Source of the DNA: Cyanophora paradoxa CCMP329
Lineage: Eukaryota > Plantae > Glaucophyta
Direction: 5' to 3'
Length of the DNA: 64,000 nucleotides
Assembly: GCA_004431415.1 (NCBI GenBank)
Contig: QPMI01000005.1
Location: 186,001-250,000, forward strand
Shown here: one piece after another, positions 56,184 through 64,000 of the stretch
Layout of the letters: the number at the start of each line of letters is the position of its first letter
How positions within the stretch are numbered: the first letter of the stretch is position 1
Notes under the pieces: generated by a model
Told to the model about the DNA's origin: nothing
Seen by the model: the letters and a program-made list of their open reading frames with translations, nothing else
Databases searched by the model: none
Translations under genes and position numbers: made by a program

Positions 56184-58777
56184 CTAAACTTCAACATCAG
56201 AATCATAATCTGATGCATCAGGATCAGCAGCAGGTAGTTCTTGTTTCATCCTTGGATTAGCTTCTTCCTCAATGGTCTCATCATCTACAAGCTTCATCTT
56301 TCTGAATTCCTCAAATACTTGTGGGAATAGGAAATGATAGTATTGCTTACCATTTGTAGTTTTCACTTGGATATATGTCACACTTCTCATTTCAGTATAA
56401 TACCTGCGACTATTATAATCGTTTTTATATTTGTTGCTGGTAATGAACTCCTGGAACCATTTCCAGGTTTCCACAAGGCTACCAGACTTGCATTTATTCT
56501 CGGAAATTAAGCCTCGATCCACAAGCCACTTAGTGAACATAAGAATGATTGGGGCGCATACCTGCTGGGCTAAATAGTATTTATTTGTAAGGGGTCTATC
56601 AGCAATCCAGTTCACATCCTCACAGTCAACTTTGGTTCTCAAATAGTGGGCAATGTTTCGAATATTGCAGTGATCATTAAGCCATTTTACAAGTGGAAGG
56701 AAGTATGACCTATCCTTTGCGAATTTCTTACTAACTTCAACAACCACAAATCGCCTATCTCCAGCTTCAATTTTAACTGGAATGTTATTATTGCTGGTAA
56801 ATATAATCCTGGCAAAGTTGCTTTTTGTGTATGAATCTATCCCTTTGTGTTCAATAACAATCTTATCAGAAGTAATGAGATCTTTGAGCATATCATTATT
56901 TTCGAATGTGTCCTTGCCTGAGGCTTCATTCACAACAATCAAGATCTTATCCTCTCTGTTATGGGCAAATCGACCAAACAGATCCTCTTTTGGCTTCCCA
57001 GTTGCATAACTCAGGGCATCTCCAAGAATCTTCTTTTGGAAAGTATCAACCAACACATTCTTACCAGTTCCTTGTTCACCAATGAAGATTAAGGATACTC
57101 CATTGAGTTCCCCAGGCTTTTGCAGCATGTGGGCAAACCATTTCAATAGATATTCGTGAGTATTTTGATCCTCACCAGACATTAAGAACAAGTGATCTAG
57201 GAAAGGCTTAATCATCTCAGCAGTTACATCCTCTGGGGCATTTTCGAATTGCTGATGGTCGACCTTCATTCCTGGATAGAGATTAAATACAGACTTGCAT
57301 TTTGCACTGAGAGTAGCAGGAGGTGGGAGGAAATCCATGTAAGTTGATCTTGTGGCTGTTGGATCCACAATCCATTTCCTAAATGATTGCTCCCATTTCT
57401 CTTTCTCATTATCTGTCCCTCATTCACAATCACCTTATGCATCAAGTGGGGGAAATGCTTTGTTGAGAGTTTCCCAATATCTTTGGGCATCCAGCAAAGT
57501 AGTTGTTCATCCCAGAGCATCACACAACCAACATTTTCAACATGATGCATTCGAGCATTGAAATACCTCTTATGCACATTGTAATGTTCAGCCAAAGGAG
57601 GAATACTTGCAGTCTTGTAATCGATTTCATCTGTGTCCTCTGGTAGGAATGCATACTTTTTGGGGAAGAGTTCCTTGAAAAGCTCATTGTTATCTTTGCT
57701 CAACCAATAAACCAAGGATTTGAAGGTCAACACTTTGCCAGGCTCAGCCTTCTTCTTGCTTCTGCGAAGTTGTGTAAACTTCTCCTGGCATTCATCATAA
57801 TCATACTTGTCACTCTGTTCTGAGAATTGGTGGAAGAGTTCAGCTTGCATTTTAGGGGTGAACTTGTTGTCTTCCCCAACATTGATGATGACCAGTCCTA
57901 CATCAATCCAAGTTTTATACTCATTAGCTCTCTCACCATTCAGACCCATTATAACACTTTGTAGCAGTTCGAAAGTAACAGGATTTTCGGGTTCAGTGTC
58001 TTTTTCAGCTTCTACCTTCTCAGTCTTCACTTTATCACTTTTTGGCTCCTTTTTAACTGGTTTTGGCTCAGGGCTATAATTTGCGAATGCAGAAATATTC
58101 GATTCATCCACAAGTTTAGTAGAAGCTGAGAAGAAAGATACAAAGAAGTCCTCATTTCGCATTAACACTTTGTCACAGTCAACGAATTTCTTAAAGCAAA
58201 CGTTTTTATCAACATCTTTCTTTGATTTATTTTGAGCATCCAGAGTCTCACCTTTGCAGCAATTGAGGCAGATTAGGTTCTGTGTGGAGCTGTAAACTCC
58301 ACTGTCATAATCCTCATTTTTCACCAATCCCATCGCTTTGAAAAGCTTGGGGATATCTTCATGTTTGCATGCAAGCGATTTAATAATAAAGTGGGCTGAA
58401 ATCTTGAACTTGGTGACATCCTCCTTAATCAAATAAACCCTTCTATGGCGAACTGCAACAGCAATATCGTTAATAGAAGTGGTACCAGATCGCTTCCATA
58501 GCTTATCTCTCATCTCTCTTACAACAGTTTCCGCCTCAGCATAGTTATCAGCAATGTTCTCCTTCAAATCAGCGAATTTATCCAGGTCCAGGTAAACTCT
58601 GGTCACTTGCTCAGGTTGAATGCATTCAGCCCAGGTCTTAACCTTGCTATTATCAATGGCTTCAAGGGCATCTTCGGCAGAATCAAATACATGGGTGACC
58701 TTGTTGCGATCACCAATGAGAGTACTAAGGAATGTAGCATTTTCAACAGGGGTGGCGAATTTCTCGATTTTGTTCAT
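56184..58777 (-). CDS. Primase-helicase (AEP-like primase, PriCT-2, SF3/D5-like helicase); one frameshift at 57417-57419
   Basis: RVYLDLD, KISAH, DSGVY; YKTWIDVG...FSEQSDKYD...LVYW; Walker A GEQGTGKN, VVNEA, FTSNN...DRRF. Confidence 0.88.
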
Positions 58778-58994
58778 TTTCGATTTTGGGGACTTCTACC
58801 TTTAACGAAGAAAATAATTTCGGAAGGAGGAATTGTCTTTTATATATATCCTATTATTTGCCAAGTCCTTAAGTAGTTTTGGGTCGGGATACTGTCTCGA
58901 TATATAGGTACAGTTTTAAAAAAGAGGGAAGAAAGCTGTCATTTTTTTGCCTCCGATCAAATCGATTTCTACAAAATTTGTTTCGATCGAGAAT

Positions 58995-59321
58995 TTATTC
59001 TTCGATATATTTCCGAGGTCTTCCAACCGGTTTATGCTCTTTGGGTTTCTTGGGCTGTTCATCTTTCTTCTTGTGGTAATATTCCAGCGCTTTTGCCTTT
59101 TTTTGCTCGCGATATTCTTCATTTTCCCTGTATTTCCTCTGGTGTCTGAGGGCAATCTTTTTGAGTTCTTCTGGTGTGTGAACTGTAGCGGCTCCTTGGG
59201 ATAATCGTTCCTGCTTCTTTTTATGATAGGCTTCGCGTTTTCTTTGGGCATCTTGCTCCCTTTTCAGTCTCAGCTTCTCTGCTTTTTCATCATCTGTGAG
59301 TATCTTGCGGATATTCGGCAT
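58995..59321 (-). CDS. Small basic protein with an AT-hook-like motif
   Basis: Lys/Arg-rich; C-terminal KPVGRPRKY. Confidence 0.65.
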   Translation of the reverse strand: MPNIRKILTDDEKAEKLRLKREQDAQRKREAYHKKKQERLSQGAATVHTPEELKKIALRHQRKYRENEEYREQKKAKALEYYHKKKDEQPKKPKEHKPVGRPRKYIEE

Positions 59322-59473
59322 TTCTCTTTAATAGTAGATACGAAAATAATTTTTCCTCAATACAATCTATCTACTTTTTCCTTAAGTCATTTTTTGTTGC
59401 GAACACCAGTTCCTGTCTGTAAACTTTTATAGCTGCCTCAGTGGCATACTGAGACCGCTTTTTCTCAATTATC

Positions 59474-59719
59474 TTATAGACCTGGGGGTCCATTGCTACT
59501 TTCAGTAGGCAAATAATATTTAATTGGTCTACCTCTGGGTCTCTGCTCCTCTTTTTGGGCTTTTCTGCGATAATAGGATGCCAGGGCTTGCTGCTTTTTA
59601 TACTCTCTATATGCTGGGTCCTCTCTATATCGTTTCTGCATTGCTAGAATGTGTCTTATAGAACCCTCAGTAACAGGTTCATCACTGGTAAACTCGATTA
59701 AACTAATAGTATCCTCCAT
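59474..59719 (-). CDS. Small basic protein with an AT-hook; paralogue of 58995-59321
   Basis: QKRYREDPAYREYKKQQALASYY...RPRGRPIKY. Confidence 0.65.
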   Translation of the reverse strand: MEDTISLIEFTSDEPVTEGSIRHILAMQKRYREDPAYREYKKQQALASYYRRKAQKEEQRPRGRPIKYYLPTESSNGPPGL

Positions 59720-59975
59720 TTATATTCCCAGAGAAAACGTTTTCTGCTGGCAGAGAACTTCTCCTTGGATACTCCTGTTGCTCATATGTATACTCTGTGG
59801 GGTCTGCTGGCATTGACTCCACAGAAACTGTTGATCTCCTTCTCTCTCTTGCTTCTGAGGCATTATCCTCAGTATCTGACATCTCAAACTCTATTGTTGT
59901 GTCACAGCATCCACTGTGGCAATTGCTCACCACATGCAGACTGAGCATCTCAATAAACTTTCGTATTATATCCAT
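59703..59975 (-). CDS. Small Cys-Cys motif protein; homologue of 23967-24293
   Basis: Shared N-terminal 36-aa block. Confidence 0.72.
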   Translation of the reverse strand: MDIIRKFIEMLSLHVVSNCHSGCCDTTIEFEMSDTEDNASEARERRRSTVSVESMPADPTEYTYEQQEYPRRSSLPAENVFSGNINGGYY

Positions 59976-59997
59976 GTCTCTAATAAAACAGAGAAAA

Positions 59998-60732
59998 TTA
60001 AAGCCAAACTCGTCTTTTATATACTGTTGGGGCTACTCCCTTTTCTACTTCAGCTTTGGTGGCACCAGGTTCAATAGTTCCCTTCTGGGTCTTTGTTTTC
60101 ATTTCATCTACTGCCTGCTCATCGATTTGGTTCTCTTTCTTAGCAATAAACTGTTTATCTGGGACACCAGTAATTCCCATTTTATAAACTTCCTTTCGAA
60201 GCATCTCCTTTAGCTTAGCTCTCTCTTTCTTCTCAGTAACATACTGCTCCAAGGCACTGGATTTGGCTTCCAAGTCTTTGAGTTTAGCAGTCATCTCATC
60301 CCATTGAGCCTTGGGAATTCGATGAATATTTTGAGTGGGAGCAGTCTTATATGTGACTTCACCAGCCATAGACTGGATTACCTTGTCTGATTCCTTACTA
60401 AGACCTTCACCTTTGCGAGCCAATGACAGATCTTGCAAGCCTAAACCTTTATCATCAGCAGCACCAATAATTCGCCTGGCACCCTCAGCAACAGCTTTCA
60501 TTTTCGAAGCTTCAGGTGAGATGTTGAGTTGGTCACTGGTTGAAGCTTGTGGGGCTTTGTCATCGACTGATTCCTCATAGGCAGCATTAAGAGGGTCCTC
60601 TTCTTGCTGTGAGGGCTTCACCTCATTCATACCATTGAATTTCATTGGTTCAGTATTAATGGATCCATTGTTTCCACCACCTGAATAGCCAACAGCCCCA
60701 GCTGGGATCCCTATCTTTCGTTTGGGAGGCAT
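59998..60732 (-). CDS. Conserved hypothetical coiled-coil protein; orthologue of 9097-9735
   Basis: Sequence similarity and synteny with the ATPase. Confidence 0.8.
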   Translation of the reverse strand: MPPKRKIGIPAGAVGYSGGGNNGSINTEPMKFNGMNEVKPSQQEEDPLNAAYEESVDDKAPQASTSDQLNISPEASKMKAVAEGARRIIGAADDKGLGLQDLSLARKGEGLSKESDKVIQSMAGEVTYKTAPTQNIHRIPKAQWDEMTAKLKDLEAKSSALEQYVTEKKERAKLKEMLRKEVYKMGITGVPDKQFIAKKENQIDEQAVDEMKTKTQKGTIEPGATKAEVEKGVAPTVYKRRVWL

Positions 60733-60760
60733 TGTATCTTTATTAGAATGAGAGATAATT

Positions 60761-61543
60761 TTATAAACCGCGTTTATATCGCATCAATTTATTGCTATGG
60801 ACTTGGCTTTTCACTTCTTTAGGGGCTTCCTCTTTCTCTGGAGGTTTCAGTTCATCTTCTTTCTTTTTTGGCTTTCTGTGGAAGCGAGGAAATGGGAAAT
60901 CTTTCACAAGCTCAGCTTTATCTACATAGTATTTAACTGAGTAGTTTGCAGAGGACCAAATAATATACTGATAGGAGTGAACATACTCTTCAAACATCTT
61001 GTAAAAATCCTCTTTATTTCGCATTATATTGTATTCTTCCTCTATGGCTTCAAGTTCTTTGCGATTTGCAGCACTTAGAAACATTGCATAGTCCGAATTA
61101 ACTCGAATAGTCGAAGAGACTTTCCTTAGCTTTTGTGTGATGCAGATAATGGATATTTTCGAATGGCGACCTCTGGAATACAGAGAGCCAATAATTTTAT
61201 CACGAGTTAGGTCTACAATCTCATTATCTATAAGATCATCTAAAACTACACATAACTGGTTAACAGGTTGACCTTTTTCTATTTTCTCTTGCCTTTCATC
61301 TAGCAATTTAGCAATGTAAGGGGCATCCCATTTTCCCAGTTGCAATGTTGCAACTTTATCCCAGAAATGATTGAAGCTGGTTCCACTCACAACTAATACA
61401 ACATCAATCTTTTTGGCATCATGCAACTGCTTCAACCAATACTTCACAGCTTCTGATTTACCAGTTGCTGATTTTCCTATTGCCAGTACACGAAATGGTG
61501 GCTCTATCATTTCACCAGCCACAAATTCATCCAAATCAGTCAT
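60761..61543 (-). CDS. A32-like packaging ATPase
   Basis: GKSATGKS, VVLDD, RGRHSKIS, ITQ. Confidence 0.92.
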   Translation of the reverse strand: MTDLDEFVAGEMIEPPFRVLAIGKSATGKSEAVKYWLKQLHDAKKIDVVLVVSGTSFNHFWDKVATLQLGKWDAPYIAKLLDERQEKIEKGQPVNQLCVVLDDLIDNEIVDLTRDKIIGSLYSRGRHSKISIICITQKLRKVSSTIRVNSDYAMFLSAANRKELEAIEEEYNIMRNKEDFYKMFEEYVHSYQYIIWSSANYSVKYYVDKAELVKDFPFPRFHRKPKKKEDELKPPEKEEAPKEVKSQVHSNKLMRYKRGL

Positions 61544-61608
61544 TGTTGTATATCTTTCTTAATAAAGACATATAAAAATAATGCAGGGAGACTGAAAATC
61601 GTAACAAT

Positions 61609-62978
61609 CTATAAATTAATTCTGCGTAAACCATCTTTGTCGACAATAATAAAGCTATGCATGAGAGCGCGAACATTAACATCGATTACCTTATCTGAAG
61701 GCATGTAGAGGGTGAGGAATGAAGAGGAGGAATTTGTTAAATCAACATAACCAGACTGGGCAATATTTCGAATCGCCTTTTCTCCATCAAGGCAGAAAGG
61801 CAATCCTGAAAGGACATAGCGATCAGCAACCTTATCCATGTTAGAGCATTTGAAGGCATCAGCAATTAGCTCAGCACCTTTGAGTAGGGAAATTGGCTCA
61901 GTGGCAAAAAGTCGCTGACCATTTATTTCAGTTGTAAATGTTATGTCTTTGGAGTTGGCATAGGTCTTAAGAACACTGTGGGAGCCATTGGATTTGTCAA
62001 CAGTTGCATTATCACGAACTGAAACAAGCAGAGCATATACAAGACCTGAGATTTGAGAGAGGTTAATTCGATTGGGTTGGGCATTGCCCTTAGCAGGGAA
62101 AGCAATAGCATCAACAAATCCAATATCAAGGGAGGGAATAGCCATGCCAGTAGTCTTAACTTTTTCAATTACAGTAGCGAAAAGCTCATCAGAAACATTA
62201 ATAGCATGCATATAAAGGCGAGGAGAAGTAATTGAAATTTCAGGAGTTGTTGCACCAAGAGTAAAGTCTGTGATGTTTTGACCAACATTTGCCAGAACAG
62301 TTTCAGCAGGGGCAGTTCCAAGACCATCATCTTTTGAATAATCTACATCAGCTGCTGCAACAGTAAGACCACGACCACCATAGGATGTTTCAACATAGCC
62401 TTTTCCAACATCCTTAAACCAAACAGTAACAACCATTTCACCAGATAAAGCACCAAGGGGAAGGTAGTGATTTAGCCAAGGCACTGGAATTTCAACGAAA
62501 AATGAGCCACCAAGTCGGTTGGTTCCATGAGCAGGGATGCCATGAACCATGCCCATTGATCGTTTCTTTTTAGCTAGTTGATCCTCCGAATAATAGACCA
62601 GGGGGAAATGAGCAAGGAAATCAGATGGAATATGGTAGGTGTAAGATCCATAGGTAATTTCAAGTCGCTGAACTAAAGCACCAACTGGGCGAGTGTATCC
62701 ATTGCGAACTAGATCAGTATCACCAGCAAAAGTGATAGCTGGAAGGTCAAAAGCAAGTTCGAGTTTTCCACAGAAATTGTAGCGAGGTAGCTTGAAGGAA
62801 ATGCGATTTCCTACATTATTTGTGAAAGTATTACTAGGATTCACAACAACTAGAACTGGCTTAGACTTGGATTCGAGACCAAGCATAAGGGAGTTATCCA
62901 GGAAAAAGGCTTTCGCCTCCTCTGGGTTGTTAGGGCTTCTTTCAGCGAAAGTCTTTGAAGAGTGGAAGTGATATCCAT
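61609..62978 (-). CDS. Major capsid protein; frameshift near the 5' end (62924-62926)
   Basis: ATG at 62978 gives MDITSTLQRLSLKEALTT, matching element-1 MDVTQNLQRLGLKELLTT; identical blocks RINLSQISGL, HSVLKT, GAELIAD.FKCSN, RYVL.GLPFC. Confidence 0.8.
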
Positions 62979-63081
62979 TATATTCTCTTTTATTATACTG
63001 CAACATAAAAAATCTACCAATGATCCTTAATTTATGCGAAGTTTGTAATAACTGGATAGGAAGGGTGAAGCTGCGACATTC

Positions 63082-64000
63082 TCATCTTATAGTATTCATA
63101 AACTGGGTCCCAGCTGGCTCATCACCATAGCGAATTTCAAAGGTAAGATGAACAGGTTGACCCTCGAAATCAATTGGTTCATTAACAGCATTCACAATAT
63201 CAACCGAGAAAGTGGATAATCCAACCTTCTTATTATAGTATTTGTAAAGTGGATGAGCCTCTGTCGAATTGTAAACTACATGCTCACCATAATCTTTGTC
63301 AGGGACCACTATTTTATGGAAGTAACCAGTCAGGAGACCATCCCCACATTGCACCAGATCACCCAGCTCCTTTACTCTCACAAACAAAACACTGTCCCTG
63401 GTCATTTCAGGCTCAAATGAAGATATAATACCGTTTACTCGAGTTCCAGTAAAGATTCCATCAGTGAGAGCATCATAGACCTGTGATTTGATTGGGGAAT
63501 TACCATATCTTCCAGGATCAAGACCAAAAAGTCGAGCTGAGCTTAACAGCTTTTGGATTGTTTTCAGGTTTGGGTCTACAGCAAGTGAGAAAGCCAGGTA
63601 AAACTTTTTTTCGGAATGGAATATAATTCGTTTCAGTGACTCATCCCATTTGCAGCGAACAGATGGTTTAGGATTTCTGTCATTAAACTTTTCATTTATA
63701 ACATTCACCAGCTGTTGGTGGTTTTGAATGGGGGTTTCGCGATTTACAATGAATTGTTTCCATTGTTCAAAATCAGCAGCTGGGCGAGTTGTTGGAATTC
63801 CTGTAATTCCAGCTCCCGCAAGCTCTTCAGAATAATAAATACTAAAAGTGTTGTCAACTGTTATATCTCCTGCTTTGGTTTCACCACTCACCATAGGGAT
63901 GCTGTTATAAAATTCGGCTGAGACCAGTCTCACAGCCCTCACATTCTCATAAGTACTGGGGAGTCTAGCCACAAAGCTTGATGTGGGACCATCACCAGAG
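63082..64000 (-). CDS. Minor capsid (penton-like) protein, 5'-truncated by the window
   Basis: SFVARLPSTYENVRAVRLVSAE, STEAHPLYKY, FEIRYG match element-1 mCP1; frame is open to the window edge. Confidence 0.78.
   Translation of the reverse strand, partial: SGDGPTSSFVARLPSTYENVRAVRLVSAEFYNSIPMVSGETKAGDITVDNTFSIYYSEELAGAGITGIPTTRPAADFEQWKQFIVNRETPIQNHQQLVNVINEKFNDRNPKPSVRCKWDESLKRIIFHSEKKFYLAFSLAVDPNLKTIQKLLSSARLFGLDPGRYGNSPIKSQVYDALTDGIFTGTRVNGIISSFEPEMTRDSVLFVRVKELGDLVQCGDGLLTGYFHKIVVPDKDYGEHVVYNSTEAHPLYKYYNKKVGLSTFSVDIVNAVNEPIDFEGQPVHLTFEIRYGDEPAGTQFMNTIR

Larger units (their letters stand above)
49580..64000 (-). mobile_element. Second endogenous Polinton-like virus, element 2 (partial; continues beyond the window)
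   Basis: Abrupt switch from GC-rich to AT-rich sequence at ~49580; integrase, PolB, primase-helicase, ATPase, major and minor capsid genes, all intronless. Confidence 0.93.

Noticed and set aside
62979-63006. ORF-track N-terminus of MCP2 (MLQYNKREY...)
   Set aside because: The homologous N-terminus is in another frame starting at ATG 62978; the listed start results from the frameshift

Overview
Eukaryotic (protist-like) genomic DNA with short GT-AG introns, carrying two integrated Polinton/Maverick-like viruses (PLVs). Element 1 (2506-24718, 22.2 kb) is complete. It has ~385-bp terminal inverted repeats with TG...CA ends and a perfect 6-bp target-site duplication (ATTATA). It encodes protein-primed PolB, rve integrase, HNH-AP2 endonuclease, A32-like packaging ATPase, a major capsid protein, two divergent minor-capsid paralogues, a patatin phospholipase and a 2000-aa fibre with a C-terminal S74 chaperone. 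It sits inside a reconstructable 68-nt intron of a very large minus-strand host membrane-protein gene (beta-helix repeats, Cys-rich region, multi-pass TM). Further host exons (IPT/TIG, CUB-like, WD40, FN3-like) run up to ~49579. Element 2 (~49580 to beyond 64000, partial) starts with a 75-nt hairpin. It shares the capsid/ATPase block with element 1 but has a different replication module: a PolB with eroded exonuclease motifs and an EndoVII-like insert, plus a primase-SF3 helicase. It also has duplicated origin-like modules and a tRNA-like Pol III unit. All five frameshifts found in viral genes are single missing bases in G/C homopolymers, so both elements may be intact. All calls come from motifs read by eye; no searches were run.
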